Below, one piece after another: positions 11,201-22,503 of a stretch of 64,000 nt of DNA. Under the pieces are notes generated by a model. That model was not told the origin of the DNA. It searched no databases and was given only the letters and a program-made list of their open reading frames with translations. Each line of letters begins with the position of its first letter. Position 1 is the stretch's first letter. Source of the DNA: Polynucleobacter sp. (GTDB lineage: Bacteria; Pseudomonadota; Gammaproteobacteria; Burkholderiales; Burkholderiaceae); assembly GCA_044225315.1 (NCBI GenBank), contig JBGAIU010000009.1, positions 672 through 64,671 on the forward strand, in the 5' to 3' direction. A program made the position numbers and the translations under genes.

Positions 11201-11872
11201 GTGATAAACAAAATTATTCCTAGCGTGGCGCAAGCCGTCCAGGATATATCTGATGGTTCAACCATTTTGGTTTCTGGGTTTGGTAGTGCTGGGCTGCCAA
11301 TTTATTTATTGGATGCGCTTGCAAAGCACGGTGCTAAGAACCTCACCATCATTAGCAACAATGCTGGAAATTCAAGAATCGGTATTGCCAAGTTAATTGG
11401 TAACGGCTAGGTTAAAAAGGTGGTTTGCTCATTTCCACGTCAGCCAGAATCTGGCGCTTTCGACGATCTGTATCGCGCTGGAAAAATTGAACTGGAGTTA
11501 GTTCCACAGGGCACGCTAGCAGAACGCATACGAGCTGGTGGCGCTGGGATTGGAGGCTTCTATACGCCCACCGGTTTTGGCACAGAGTTGGCCAAAGGAA
11601 AAGATACGCGGGTTATCGATGGTATCGATCATATTTTTGAAACAGCAATTAAAGCTGACTATGCCCTTATCAAGGCCGACAAAGGTGATCGTTGGGGCAA
11701 TCTGACTTATCACCGAACTGGCCGTAACTTTGGGCCGATTATGGCAACGGCGGCGCGCTGCACGATTGCGCAGGTCAATGAAGTAGTGGAATTGGGTCAA
11801 CTCGATCCTGAAGTGATTATCACCCCCGGAATTTTTGTAAAGCGCGTAGTGTTGGTAAGGGGTAATTCATGA
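11201..11872 (+). pseudogene. 3-oxoacid CoA-transferase subunit A (PcaI-like), in-frame TAG at 11408-11410
   Basis: ORFs 11201-11410 and 11420-11872 share a frame: KLIGNG*VKKVVCSFPRQ; PQGTLAERIRAGGAGIGGFYTPTG. Confidence 0.88.
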
Positions 11873-12534
11873 TTGATCTCTCCAAAATACAAAAACGCAC
11901 AACTGCGGATATTGCTAGACGCATCGTTCAAGATATACCTGATGGTGCGCATGTGAACTTAGGTATTGGGCAGCCGATGACCATCTCTAATTACCTACCT
12001 CCTGATAAAGAGATCCTGTTGCACTCCGAGAATGGGTTGCTTGGCATGGGCTCACTTGCAAAAGATCATGAGATTGATGAAGAGTTGGTGAATGCTGGCA
12101 AGCAACCGGTAACCATGTTGCCTGGAGCATCGCTCTGCCATCACGCAGACTCCTTCGTCATGATTCGTGGTGGTCACATCGATATCTGCGTATTGGGAGC
12201 GTTTCAAGTTTCTGTAAAAGGCGATATCGCAAATTGGCGCACTGGTGATTTAAAAGCTATCCCAGCGGTTGGTGGCGCAATGGATTTAGCTTTGGGCGCA
12301 AAGAAATTATTTGTCATGATGGAGCATCTCACCAAATCTGGTGAATCCAAATTGGTTAAAGAGTGCACTTATCCTTTAACTGCTTTGGCTACTGTTGACT
12401 GTGTCTATACTGATTTGGCAACAATCGCTGTTACACCTGAAGGACTCGTTGCAGTAGATTGGGTAGACGGTCTCAGCTTTGAGGATCTGCAAGCCTTAAG
12501 TGGCGTGCCCATGATTCAGGGATCACCACGCTAA
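11869..12534 (+). CDS. 3-oxoacid CoA-transferase subunit B (PcaJ-like)
   Basis: VNLGIGQP, LHSENGLLG active-site motif, GGAMDL. Confidence 0.92.
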   Translation: MIDLSKIQKRTTADIARRIVQDIPDGAHVNLGIGQPMTISNYLPPDKEILLHSENGLLGMGSLAKDHEIDEELVNAGKQPVTMLPGASLCHHADSFVMIRGGHIDICVLGAFQVSVKGDIANWRTGDLKAIPAVGGAMDLALGAKKLFVMMEHLTKSGESKLVKECTYPLTALATVDCVYTDLATIAVTPEGLVAVDWVDGLSFEDLQALSGVPMIQGSPR

Positions 12535-13509
12535 ATGAGCACGCACATCAAAATACTTTTTTTGATTGCCGCTGGGATTTTTGCGGGAATCACATATGCT
12601 CAAAGTAAAACTAATTACCCAAGTAAGCCAATTCATCTAATAGTGGGATTTTCTCCTGGAGGTTCCGCTGATACGGTTGGGCGAGCATTAGCAGAGGGGC
12701 TCTCGGTAAGGTTAGGCCAGCCAGTCGTGGTTGAAAACAAAGCAGGCGCAAACGGAAATATCGCCGCTGAGTACGTTGCGCGTTCAGCGCCGGATGGTTA
12801 TGTCTTGTATTTCCCTTCGATTGGACACGCTGTAAATGCTTCGCTCTACAAAAATCTTCCGTATGATCCCGTAAAAGATTTCACGGCAATTGGCGGTGTG
12901 TTCTCGGCACCAAACATCCTCATTGTTCCTGCAAACTCGCCTTATAAATCTGTAAATGAATTGATTGCGGCTGGAAAAGCAAATCCCGGCAAGCTCACTT
13001 TTGCATCTAGTGGTAGCGGCACATCCGTTCATTTATCAGCAGTGTTATTTGAGAAGATGGCTAAGATCGACATGATTCATGTGCCCTATAAGGGCACTGG
13101 TAGCGCTATGCCAGATGTCATTTCTGGGCAGGTCGATATGAGTTTTCCAAACTTACCAAGTGGCTTGCCGCACGTGAAGTCAGGTAGCTTGAGAGCACTT
13201 GGCGTTACTACTGCAAAACGATCAGCGGCAGCGCCAAATATCCCGACGATTGCTGAGTCTGGGCTTCCGGGTTATGACATGGCTACTTGATATGGTTTAG
13301 TAGCGCCAGCAAATTTACCAGCAGATATTCGCAACCGAATTAATAAAGAACTTCAGGCTGTACTGGCTGATCCAAAATTTAAAGATAAGTTAATTGCGCA
13401 GGGGGCAGACCCTATGCCGGGAACACCGGATCAATTTGCCTCATTCATAAAGAGTGAAATTGAGAAATGGCGTAAGTTAATTGCGCAGTCTCAAATTACG
13501 ATTGATTAA
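12535..13509 (+). pseudogene. Bug/TctC tripartite tricarboxylate transporter substrate-binding protein, in-frame TGA at 13288-13290
   Basis: VENKAGANG, HVPYKG motifs; frame continues GYDMAT*YGLVAPANLP to TAA 13507-13509. Confidence 0.9.
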
Positions 13510-13543
13510 TTAAACAAAAGCTTTAGAAAGGCATTCAACATTC

Positions 13544-14707
13544 ATGTCATTTGCTTCTAATAAGTACGATGCCTGTATAGCGGGTATTTATGAGCATCCA
13601 CTAAGGGTTGCGCCAGATCATACGGTAGCTCAGTTACATGCTGAAGTTGCTCGCGGTGCCTTGCAAGACGCGGGCCTTACCTTGGATGATGTGGATGGTT
13701 ACTTCTGTGCTGGTGATGCGCCTGGAATGGGGCCTGTATCCATGGCTGATTATCTGGGCTTAAAGAAATTAACTTATCTAGACTCTACTGATACTGGCGG
13801 ATCATCTTACTTAACGCACGTTAATCATGCTGCTCGTGCTATCGCCGCTGGTCAATGCAAAGTAGCTCTCATTACCTTGGCGGGACGCCCAAAATCTGAG
13901 GGGTCAAGTGGTACGCAGGTGCGCAGTCAATGGGCGAGCGCCCCCGACTTTGCATTTGAGAAGCCGTATTCACCAGCGCCTTTAAATACTTATGCGATGT
14001 GCGCGATGCGTCACATGTATGAGTTTGGGACTACGAGTGAACAGCTTGCTTGGATTAAAGTCGCGGCATCACATCATGCACAACACAATCCAAATGCCGC
14101 TTTGAAAGATGTATTAACGGTAGATGATGTTTTGAATTCACCGATGATTGCAGATCCACTTTATCGAGCTGATTGCTGTGTGGTCACTGATAGCGGTGGC
14201 GCGTTAGTGGTAGTGCATCCCGATATTGCGAAGACCTTAAAGACACCCGTTATCACCATGATGGGTGCCGGAGAAACAACCAAGGGTCAAATGGGCGGTA
14301 AGGTCGATTTGACCTATTCTGGTCTTGCTTGGGCAGCGCCTTTGGCATTTGAGGAGGCTAAGCTGACACCAGAGCAAATTCGTTATGCCTCTATTTACGA
14401 TAGCTTCACTATTACGGTGTTGATTCAGCTTGAAGACCTTGGGTTCTGCAAAAAAGGGGAAGGTGGTCAACTCATTTCTGGAAAAGGAAAATTGGCATTC
14501 AATACAGACGGCGGAGGCTTATGTAATAACCATCCAGCAAATCGTGGCGGAATGACTAAAGTTATTGAAGCGGTTAGACAGTTGCGTGGAGAAGCTCATC
14601 CAGCGGTGCAAGTTCCAAATCTAGAATTTGCACTTGCATCTGGGATTGGAGGCGCATTAGGCACTCGACATGGTGCTTCAGTATTAATTATGGGGAGATT
14701 GCAATGA
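13544..14707 (+). CDS. thiolase-like protein (SCP-x/lipid-transfer type)
   Basis: IYDSFTITV, NTDGGGLCNNHP motifs; paired with OB-fold protein. Confidence 0.85.
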   Translation: MSFASNKYDACIAGIYEHPLRVAPDHTVAQLHAEVARGALQDAGLTLDDVDGYFCAGDAPGMGPVSMADYLGLKKLTYLDSTDTGGSSYLTHVNHAARAIAAGQCKVALITLAGRPKSEGSSGTQVRSQWASAPDFAFEKPYSPAPLNTYAMCAMRHMYEFGTTSEQLAWIKVAASHHAQHNPNAALKDVLTVDDVLNSPMIADPLYRADCCVVTDSGGALVVVHPDIAKTLKTPVITMMGAGETTKGQMGGKVDLTYSGLAWAAPLAFEEAKLTPEQIRYASIYDSFTITVLIQLEDLGFCKKGEGGQLISGKGKLAFNTDGGGLCNNHPANRGGMTKVIEAVRQLRGEAHPAVQVPNLEFALASGIGGALGTRHGASVLIMGRLQ

Positions 14708-15114
14708 GTCAAGCGAATCAAAAAAATTCAGAACATCGACTTCTAAGTCCTGTTGCAAATCCTGAGAACAAAGCTTTTCTTGAGGCGGCTCAAAAAGATG
14801 AGTTGCTAGTGAAGTATTGCAATGCTTGCAATCAGGCACATTACTACCCAAGAACCATTTGCCCACATTGCGGAAGCGATGATACAACTTGGGTTAAGTC
14901 AGCGGGGCTGGGAGAGATTTACTCCTATACCGTCATGAGACGCGGCGTAGAAGTTCCTTTTGCAATGGCCTATGTCAAATTACAAGAGGGGATTTCTATG
15001 TTGACCCACATCACCAACTGCGATTTTGATTCAATTCGGGTTGGGCAAAAGGTGAGGGTGGTGTTTCAAGAAACACAAGATGGTAAGAAGACACATCTTT
15101 TTGAACCTATTTAA
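14704..15114 (+). CDS. Zn-ribbon/OB-fold (DUF35-type) thiolase partner
   Basis: CNAC...YYPRTICPHCGS, GEIYSYT; ATGA overlap with thiolase. Confidence 0.88.
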   Translation: MSQANQKNSEHRLLSPVANPENKAFLEAAQKDELLVKYCNACNQAHYYPRTICPHCGSDDTTWVKSAGLGEIYSYTVMRRGVEVPFAMAYVKLQEGISMLTHITNCDFDSIRVGQKVRVVFQETQDGKKTHLFEPI

Positions 15115-15128
15115 TTTTGAATGGCGCC

Positions 15129-15560
15129 TTAACAAAGTTTCCTGAGAGCCTCGAGATAATTCTCGGGGTTAAGGGGTTTGCCTTCTCTCTGTGATTCCCA
15201 CATCACCTGCCCCAAGCATTTCATCATGAGGTGCTGAGCTTCGTGTTCTGAGCCCAATTTCTTACTCAATTTCTCAGCAATTTCTTTAATGCCAGGTGGC
15301 TGGTTAATCGAAATTTGTTCGCTAATCGATAGATGCATGGATAAGTGCAAAAAGGGATTAGTTTCTCCGCGCTCTGGTGTGTAGTCTTGGGATAAGGCTC
15401 CCTCTGGATCTGCTAGTAGATTGTGATATTCCGGATGCTGCGCGATCCAGTCGCTAGCTAGCGTCTCCATTGAATCCAAAATCTGCCCATCACTTTTTTT
15501 CTTCCAAGTGTCACAGAAAAAGCGTCGAACTTCTTCACGGGTGGGATTAAATAGCGCCAC
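15129..15560 (-). CDS. DUF1841 family protein
   Basis: FNPTREEVRRFF, ETNPFLHLSMHLSISEQ; likely start is GTG at 15560, overlapping the nth stop, not the track start 15659. Confidence 0.82.
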   Translation of the reverse strand: MALFNPTREEVRRFFCDTWKKKSDGQILDSMETLASDWIAQHPEYHNLLADPEGALSQDYTPERGETNPFLHLSMHLSISEQISINQPPGIKEIAEKLSKKLGSEHEAQHLMMKCLGQVMWESQREGKPLNPENYLEALRKLC

Positions 15561-16206
15561 GAACTTTTCCTTTAGCAGTTTTTTGTTTAAATCCACATAG
15601 TGGCTCAACAATGCATTGTGCACACTCAGGGTTGCGAGCTTTGCAAGTATATCTACCATGCAAGATTAACCAATGATGCGCATCTAGAAGATATTCTTTT
15701 GGAACTCGCTTGAGTAATCGCTTCTCTACCTCTAGAACATCTTTGCCGGGCGCCAAACCAGTACGATTGGATACCCTAAAGATATGGGTATCCACTGCTA
15801 TTGTGGGTTGGCCAAAGGCGGTATTGAGAATGACATTTGCTGTTTTTCTGCCAACGCCTGGTAAAGCCTCAAGATCTTCTCTGTTTTGCGGTACTTCGCC
15901 ACCATGCTTTTCAATCAATAGACGGCAAGTTTCCTGAATATGCCTACCTTTGGAATTAAAAAGGCCAATATGTTGAATATAAGGACGTACACCTTCTTCA
16001 CCAAGATCAAGAAGTCCCTGAGGAGTATTGGCGACCTTAAACAGTTTGCGAGTACCTTTGTTAACTGAAACATCAGTCGCCTGTGCGGATAGTAATACCG
16101 CAATCAGCAGCTCAAAAGGTGAGTTGTATTCCAGTTCTGTGGTGGGTTTTGGATTGTTTGCTTTGAGTTGCTCGAAAAAAGCACGCCGCTTTTCTGGATT
16201 CATCAT
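15547..16206 (-). CDS. nth: endonuclease III
   Basis: LPGVGRKTANV HhH motif, AVDTH, C-x6-C-x2-C-x5-C Fe-S motif. Confidence 0.97.
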   Translation of the reverse strand: MMNPEKRRAFFEQLKANNPKPTTELEYNSPFELLIAVLLSAQATDVSVNKGTRKLFKVANTPQGLLDLGEEGVRPYIQHIGLFNSKGRHIQETCRLLIEKHGGEVPQNREDLEALPGVGRKTANVILNTAFGQPTIAVDTHIFRVSNRTGLAPGKDVLEVEKRLLKRVPKEYLLDAHHWLILHGRYTCKARNPECAQCIVEPLCGFKQKTAKGKVRGAI

Positions 16207-16895
16207 GATTTTTGCTGAGCTCTTGCAATTGCGGCGGCAATAATTGCGCGCTTGCGCTCTTTCTCTTTTTCTTCTTCTGCTGAAGTGGGTTGCTCTGCAT
16301 TTACAGCGGCTAATTTAACCGCTGCTTTTTTTGCTAAGCGCTCATCATTATCTTTTTGCTCGCGATCCAAGCGCTGTTCACGATCATGGTAGCGCTGGCG
16401 TGCGAGTTCGGCTAGACTAGCGCTCCAGGCATTCCAACCAGTTTCATCGCCGGTGACATTGATCATCGAGATGCAGTCAACGGGGCATGGTGGAATACAA
16501 AGATCACAGCCAGTGCACCAATCAGATAGCACCACATGCATCTGTTTGGAAGCACCCACAATCGCGTCAACAGGGCATGCCTGAATGCATAGAGTGCACC
16601 CAATGCATTTCTGCGGATCAATAAAGGCTACCGCTCTCGGACGCTCGGTACCGCAGTCGGGATTAATGTTTGGGTGAAGATCAAATGCATTTTGAGGATA
16701 AATTGGCGCCAATACATGGCTAAGTCTTTTGATACCCTCAACTCCGCCAGGTGGACATTGATTAGGAAGTGCTTCACCTCTGGCCAAAGCCTCGGCATAT
16801 CCCCTGCAATCTGGGTAACCACATTTAGTGCATTGGGTTTGAGGAAGAAGATCCTCTAGGCGATCGGCAAGCTCATTCACCTCGTTGATCTTCAT
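16203..16895 (-). CDS. rnfB: electron transport complex subunit RnfB/RsxB-like
   Basis: LLPQTQCTKCGYPDC, CIGCTLCIQACPVDAI, CTGCDLCIPPCPVDCI. Confidence 0.87.
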   Translation of the reverse strand: MKINEVNELADRLEDLLPQTQCTKCGYPDCRGYAEALARGEALPNQCPPGGVEGIKRLSHVLAPIYPQNAFDLHPNINPDCGTERPRAVAFIDPQKCIGCTLCIQACPVDAIVGASKQMHVVLSDWCTGCDLCIPPCPVDCISMINVTGDETGWNAWSASLAELARQRYHDREQRLDREQKDNDERLAKKAAVKLAAVNAEQPTSAEEEKEKERKRAIIAAAIARAQQKS

Positions 16896-16915
16896 GAATT
16901 GCTAGTTCCCAATTT

Positions 16916-16943
16916 AAATGAGAGACGCTAAGGTCTCTCATTT
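16916..16943. terminator. hairpin downstream of phaZ
   Basis: AAATGAGAGAC-N6-GTCTCTCATTT, perfect 11-bp arms. Confidence 0.55.
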
Positions 16944-16946
16944 GTA

Positions 16947-18215
16947 TTAATTAGCGCCAGACTTACGTTTTTTGGGCTGATGCTCTCGTATAAAAGATTT
17001 AATTTTTGGATAAACCTTTTCACGCCAGCGACGACCGGCAAAGATGCCGTAGTGACCGGCGCCTGCAACCTCGTAATGGGCTTTTGCTTCTTTAGGAATA
17101 CCAGCGCACAAGCCGTGGGCTGATCGTGTTTGGCCACTTCCAGAAATATCGTCAAGCTCGCCTTCTACTGTGAGCAAAGCGGTTTTTTTAATGTCTTCTG
17201 GTTTTACAAGCTTGCCTGCAACTTCCCATGTGCCATTTGGCAGTGCATAGTCTTGGAACACGGCTTTAATCGTATCGAGGTAAAACTTCGCATCTAAATC
17301 TAATACGGCGTTGTATTCATCATAGAAACGAATATGCGCTTCAGCATCCTCTTCATCACCACGTACGAGATTGGTGAAGTAATCCCAGTGCGATTGCAAA
17401 TGGTTTTGAGGATTCATGGCAATAAAGCCAGTGTGCTGCAAGAAGCCAGGGTATACGCGACGACCAGCGCCAGGGTAAGTTGGTGGAACTTTGTAAATCA
17501 CATGGCTTTCAAACCAATCATGAGACTTTTGTTCTGCCAAATTGTTTACAGCAGTCGGTGACTTGCGTGCATCAATAGGTCCGCCCATCATGATCATCGA
17601 AGCGGGCGTCTTTTCACCGGCAGATGCCAGCAGTGAAATAGCGCCTAATGTAGGTACGGTTGGTTGGCAAACAGAAATGACATGTAAATCTTCTGCGCCG
17701 ATGTAGCGAATAAATTCTTGAACATAGTGAACGTAGTCATCTAGACCAAATTCACCTTCGCTTACCGGAACATTGCGAGCATCAACCCAATCAGTGATGT
17801 AAACCTTGTGATCTTGCAACAGTGTGCGCACGGTATTGCGTAGCAAAGTGGCATGGTGACCAGAGAGTGGCGCCACGATCAAAACAGATGGGTCATCCTT
17901 TAGCTTCTTGATAGTCTCAACATCATCTGAGAAACGCTTAAAACGAATCAGGTTACAAAATGGTTTTGCAACCTTGGTCATTTCGTGAATGGCAACTTCA
18001 TGACCATGCGCAATCACAGAGCGAATGCCGAATTCTGGTTTTTTGTAGTTCTTACCTAGGCGATAGAGAAGTTCGTAGCTGGCAGCCAAACGCTCGGAGC
18101 CTGGAACTTTGGACGCGGGGTTCGATGCATTAATCAATGCTTCAGAGGCGGCGCGCGCCCATGAGCTCACAGGTTGAAGTAAGGCTTTTTGGAACTCGTG
18201 TAACTGATAAAGCAT
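16947..18215 (-). CDS. phaZ: intracellular polyhydroxyalkanoate depolymerase
   Basis: APLSGHHATLLR, ISVCQPTVP, GRRVYPGFLQ, EGELDDISG, GHYGIF. Confidence 0.93.
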   Translation of the reverse strand: MLYQLHEFQKALLQPVSSWARAASEALINASNPASKVPGSERLAASYELLYRLGKNYKKPEFGIRSVIAHGHEVAIHEMTKVAKPFCNLIRFKRFSDDVETIKKLKDDPSVLIVAPLSGHHATLLRNTVRTLLQDHKVYITDWVDARNVPVSEGEFGLDDYVHYVQEFIRYIGAEDLHVISVCQPTVPTLGAISLLASAGEKTPASMIMMGGPIDARKSPTAVNNLAEQKSHDWFESHVIYKVPPTYPGAGRRVYPGFLQHTGFIAMNPQNHLQSHWDYFTNLVRGDEEDAEAHIRFYDEYNAVLDLDAKFYLDTIKAVFQDYALPNGTWEVAGKLVKPEDIKKTALLTVEGELDDISGSGQTRSAHGLCAGIPKEAKAHYEVAGAGHYGIFAGRRWREKVYPKIKSFIREHQPKKRKSGAN

Positions 18216-18244
18216 GCTACCTCCTCTAAATCTTGATTACCGCT

Positions 18245-19444
18245 TTAGGCTAAAACGCGGGCAATTGCTCTAGCTACCTTATCAATATTTTTAGTATTGA
18301 GAGCGGCAACACAAATACGTCCAGTTAAAAGAGCATAAATGCCATCTTCTTTTTGTAAGCGATCTACTTGTTCAGCGGTTAGGCCGGAATAAGAAAACAT
18401 GCCGCGTTGTTTTTCAATAAACGCAAAATCTTGTTTAACCCCAGCAGCAGCTAATTTTTGAACCAAGCCTTGACGCATCGCTTTAATACGATCACGCATC
18501 TCTGCTAACTCATCTTCCCAGAGCAGACGAAGCTCAGGTGAATTCAAAATAGCTGCAGCAATCGCTGCGCCATGGGTAGGTGGGTTTGAGTGGTTGGTAC
18601 GAATGACGCGTTTCAATTGTGAGAGAACGCGTGTGGACTCATCTTTGCTTTGTGTGACGATAGATAAAGCTCCAACGCGCTCACCATATAGTGAGAATGA
18701 TTTGGAGAAAGAGCTAGATACAAAGAAGGACATGCCGGATTCAGCAAAGAGGCGCACGGCGATACCGTCTTTATCAATACCATCGGCAAAGCCTTGATAA
18801 GCCATATCCAAAAATGGAATCAAACCTTTGTTTTTACAGATGTCGATGACTTGACGCCATTGCGCTTCGGTAATGTCGGCACCTGTTGGGTTGTGGCAGC
18901 AAGCGTGCAACAACACAGTTGTATTTTTTGGGAAAGACTCAAGAGACTTCACCATGCCAGCAAAATCAACACCACGAGTCTTGCCGTCAAAATAGGTGTA
19001 CTCAAGCACTTCAAAACCAGCGGATTCAAAAATACCGCGATGGTTTTCCCAGGTGGGGTTGCTAATTGCGCAAGGAGCATTCAAATTCAATCGCTTAATA
19101 AAGTCAGCGCCAACACGCAATGCACCAGTTCCGCCTAAGCACTCTGCAGTCACAACGCGACCATCTTTAATTAATGCTGAATCAGCGCCAAACAATAAAT
19201 TTTGCACTGCAGTGTTGTAAGGGTTTGGGCCTTCGATTGGAATGTAGCTGCGTGGAGAATGTTTTGCCACAATTGCTTCTTCAGCCTTAATAACTGCCTT
19301 TAAAAGAGGAACTTTGCCTTCATTGGTGTAGTACACGCCAACACCAAGGTTTACTTTGTCAGCGCGTTGATCGGCGACATAAGCTTCTGTGAGGCCAAAA
19401 ATAGGGTCTTTTGGGGCTAATTGAACTGAGGCAAACAGGGTCAT
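18245..19444 (-). CDS. aspartate/aromatic amino acid aminotransferase
   Basis: LLHACCHNPTG, DMAYQGF, SFSKSFSLYGERVG PLP motif. Confidence 0.95.
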   Translation of the reverse strand: MTLFASVQLAPKDPIFGLTEAYVADQRADKVNLGVGVYYTNEGKVPLLKAVIKAEEAIVAKHSPRSYIPIEGPNPYNTAVQNLLFGADSALIKDGRVVTAECLGGTGALRVGADFIKRLNLNAPCAISNPTWENHRGIFESAGFEVLEYTYFDGKTRGVDFAGMVKSLESFPKNTTVLLHACCHNPTGADITEAQWRQVIDICKNKGLIPFLDMAYQGFADGIDKDGIAVRLFAESGMSFFVSSSFSKSFSLYGERVGALSIVTQSKDESTRVLSQLKRVIRTNHSNPPTHGAAIAAAILNSPELRLLWEDELAEMRDRIKAMRQGLVQKLAAAGVKQDFAFIEKQRGMFSYSGLTAEQVDRLQKEDGIYALLTGRICVAALNTKNIDKVARAIARVLA

Positions 19445-19603
19445 TTGGTTTCGAAAATGGTGGTTTTATGGTGGTTTTGTTATTAATTGACGTTAAATTA
19501 GGCTAAATTGTCTGTTTTTGTGATCAGAGTTAACTATTTCTTAATAAAAACGGCAAAATCATTGTTTGTACAAAATTCGCTGTGAATAAAACTCACAGGT
19601 GAA

Positions 19604-21760
19604 ATGATAGCCGAGATGCCCTCTAAGTTAAGCAAAACTGACATAAAAACAGAGCCAAAAGTGGCTCAGAAAAATGCCACCACGGATTCTCCTGAAAATG
19701 CTGGGCATGAGCTTGATCCGGCCAAATTTATCAGCTTTCCTGATTCCCCCTACCAGTTATATCAGCCCTTTCCGCCTGCGGGTGACCAGCCTGCAGCTAT
19801 TGATGCCCTTGTGGAGGGGGTAGAGGACGGGTTGACCTATCAAACCCTACTGGGGGTTACCGGGTCTGGAAAGACCTTCACGATGGCCAATGTGATTGCT
19901 AGAACTGGCCGTCCAGCCATTGTTTTTGCCCCAAATAAGACCCTTGCAGCCCAGCTTTATAGTGAATTTAGGGAGTTTTTCCCTAAAAACGCGGTTAAAT
20001 ACTTTGTAAGCTACTACGACTATTACCAGCCAGAGGCCTATGTTCCTCAGCGCGATCTCTTCATTGAGAAAGATTCATCTATCAATGAGCACATAGAGCA
20101 AATGCGCTTATCGGCGACTAAGAGTTTGTTGGAGCGTCGCGATGTAGTGATTGTGGCGACAGTTTCGGCGATCTACGGTATTGGTAATCCTGGCGACTAT
20201 CACAGCATGGTGATGACCTTGCGACCTGGCGACAAAATGAGTCAGCGCGACATTTTGACCAGACTTATTGCTATGCAATATGAGCGTAACGAAATGGATT
20301 TCAAGCGCGGTGTATTTCGAGTGCGTGGCGACACCATTGATATCTTCCCAGCTGAACATAATGAACTAGCACTTCGTGTCGAATTATTTGATGATGAAGT
20401 AGAAAGCTTGCAATTTTTTGATCCGCTTACTGGAAAGATTCGCCAAAAAATTCCGCGCTTTACTGTTTACCCAAGTTCGCACTACGTGACTCCTCGAGAA
20501 ACTGTGTTGAAAGCGATTGAAACGATCAAAGAAGAGCTGCGAATTCGCTTGGATGAGTTTGTCAAAGATGGGAAATTGGTTGAGGCGCAGCGTCTAGAGC
20601 AGCGCACCCGTTTTGATTTGGAAATGTTGAATGAGCTTGGCTTTTGTAAGGGGATTGAGAACTACTCCCGCCACCTTTCAGGAGCTGCACCAGGCGAAGC
20701 CCCGCCTACCTTGGTGGACTACTTACCAAATGATGCCCTGATGTTTTTAGATGAGAGCCACGTGCTTATTGGGCAGTTAAATGCCATGTATAACGGCGAC
20801 AAATCTCGTAAACATACCTTGGTTGAATTTGGTTTCCGCTTGCCATCTGCAATGGATAATCGCCCACTCAAATTTACCGAATTTGAAACCAAAATGCGTC
20901 AGACGATTTTTGTATCGGCAACCCCTGCGGATTATGAAAGTCAACATCAAGGTCAAGTTGTTGAGCAAGTTGCCAGACCCACTGGTTTAGTTGATCCAGA
21001 AATTGAAGTATTACCAGCGAGCACTCAGGTTGATGATTTGCTCAGTCAAATTCATGAGCGCGTCAAAGTTGGCGAACGTGTCTTAGTTACGGTGCTTACA
21101 AAACGCATGGCAGAGCAATTGACTGACTTTCTCTCTGACAATGGAGTAAAAGTGCGTTACGTGCATTCAGATATTGATACCGTTGAACGCGTTGAGATTT
21201 TGCGCGATCTGCGTTTGGGTGTATTCGATGTTCTAGTTGGTATTAATTTGTTGAGGGAAGGCTTGGATATTCCTGAGGTCTCTTTAGTGGCCATCTTGGA
21301 TGCGGATAAAGAGGGCTTCTTGCGTTCTGAGCGCTCACTTATTCAAACCATTGGTCGTGCTGCTCGAAATGTTCGAGGCAAAGCAATTCTTTATGCCGAT
21401 AGGGTGTCTGATTCGATGCGCAGGGCTATGGGTGAGACCGAGCGACGTCGTAGCAAGCAAATTGCCTTCAATAAGACCCATGGTATTGAGCCCAAAGGGG
21501 TCCAGAAGCGTATTAAGGACATTATCGATGGCGTTTATGACGTTAAGGAGAAGCGTCAAGAAATGGCTGTTGAGCAAGAGCGGGCTCATTATGAAGATAT
21601 GAGTGAGAAAGAATTGTCTAATGAAATCAAACGCTTAGAAAAGCAGATGATTGCCGAAGCCAAAAACCTCGAGTTTGAAAAAGCCGCCAGTACGAGAGAT
21701 AGGCTCTCTAAGATCAAGGAGATGGCATTTGGGGCGCGCTCTAGGGATCTCCCCAACTAA
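19604..21760 (+). CDS. uvrB: excinuclease ABC subunit B
   Basis: [38 protein letters not shown]. Confidence 0.98.
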   Translation: MIAEMPSKLSKTDIKTEPKVAQKNATTDSPENAGHELDPAKFISFPDSPYQLYQPFPPAGDQPAAIDALVEGVEDGLTYQTLLGVTGSGKTFTMANVIARTGRPAIVFAPNKTLAAQLYSEFREFFPKNAVKYFVSYYDYYQPEAYVPQRDLFIEKDSSINEHIEQMRLSATKSLLERRDVVIVATVSAIYGIGNPGDYHSMVMTLRPGDKMSQRDILTRLIAMQYERNEMDFKRGVFRVRGDTIDIFPAEHNELALRVELFDDEVESLQFFDPLTGKIRQKIPRFTVYPSSHYVTPRETVLKAIETIKEELRIRLDEFVKDGKLVEAQRLEQRTRFDLEMLNELGFCKGIENYSRHLSGAAPGEAPPTLVDYLPNDALMFLDESHVLIGQLNAMYNGDKSRKHTLVEFGFRLPSAMDNRPLKFTEFETKMRQTIFVSATPADYESQHQGQVVEQVARPTGLVDPEIEVLPASTQVDDLLSQIHERVKVGERVLVTVLTKRMAEQLTDFLSDNGVKVRYVHSDIDTVERVEILRDLRLGVFDVLVGINLLREGLDIPEVSLVAILDADKEGFLRSERSLIQTIGRAARNVRGKAILYADRVSDSMRRAMGETERRRSKQIAFNKTHGIEPKGVQKRIKDIIDGVYDVKEKRQEMAVEQERAHYEDMSEKELSNEIKRLEKQMIAEAKNLEFEKAASTRDRLSKIKEMAFGARSRDLPN

Positions 21761-21830
21761 TTTCGCTTTTGTCTCATGGGTAATGAGGTTTTTTGAGATA
21801 ATTTCCGAGCAGTTTGCTAGGGATTATGGT

Positions 21831-21855
21831 AAAGTTGAGTGGAATAGTCAGGTAT
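21831..21855 (+). promoter_or_regulatory. IscR type-1 binding site
   Basis: AAAGTTGAGTGGAATAGTCAGGTAT matches ATASYYGACTRWWWYAGTCRRSTAT at 22/25 positions by hand; 50 bp before iscR. Confidence 0.65.
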
Positions 21856-21905
21856 TACCTACCAGTCTATTAGCTGTCCATAACAATCAATTACCAAGGT
21901 GACAT

Positions 21906-22475
21906 ATGAGACTTACAACTAAAGGTCGTTTTGCAGTAACCGCAATGATTGATTTAGCCCTGCGTGAGACGCATGGTCCTGTGACATTGGCAGGAATTAG
22001 TCAGAGACAAAAAATTTCGCTTTCCTACCTCGAGCAGCTATTTGGCAAGCTACGTCGCTTCAATATTGTTGAAAGTACGCGTGGCCCTGGAGGTGGATAC
22101 ACATTGGCACGTCCTTCTAATAAAGTAAGTGTTGCTGACATCATTGTGGTGGTTGATGAACCTTTGGATGCCACTCAGTGTGGTGGTAAAGGCAACTGTC
22201 ATACCGATGAGGAAAATCACGGCCGTTGTATGACACACGATCTCTGGAGCAATCTCAACTTAAAGATGGTTGAGTACCTTAGCTCTGTGACTTTGCGTGA
22301 TTTAGTGCAGCAGCAAGAAGGACGCGGCGTTGTGATTCAGGACATGCGCCCTAAGAAAGTCAAAATTGAAGGCGCGAAAGCTGAAAAACCAGCTCCAGTG
22401 CTTGCAGCAAAAAAAGAAGTTGCCCCAAAGGCGCCACTCGTAAATTCCGTATTTAATTTGGCGCGACAAAGTTAA
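21906..22475 (+). CDS. iscR: Fe-S cluster assembly transcriptional regulator
   Basis: MRLTTKGRFAVTAM, STRGPGGGY, three Cys plus HDLW. Confidence 0.97.
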   Translation: MRLTTKGRFAVTAMIDLALRETHGPVTLAGISQRQKISLSYLEQLFGKLRRFNIVESTRGPGGGYTLARPSNKVSVADIIVVVDEPLDATQCGGKGNCHTDEENHGRCMTHDLWSNLNLKMVEYLSSVTLRDLVQQQEGRGVVIQDMRPKKVKIEGAKAEKPAPVLAAKKEVAPKAPLVNSVFNLARQS

Positions 22476-22503
22476 TCAGCAAGTTTTTATGTAGAAATAC
22501 AAC

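Noticed and set aside
16203-16895. Lone rnfB as the remnant of a deleted Rnf complex
   Set aside because: rnfB-nth without other rnf genes is a common Burkholderiales arrangement; no scar seen
19580-19598. CTGTGA-N7-TCACAG upstream of uvrB as a LexA box
   Set aside because: The CTGT..ACAG spacing is 11, not the 8 required; kept only as an unexplained inverted repeat
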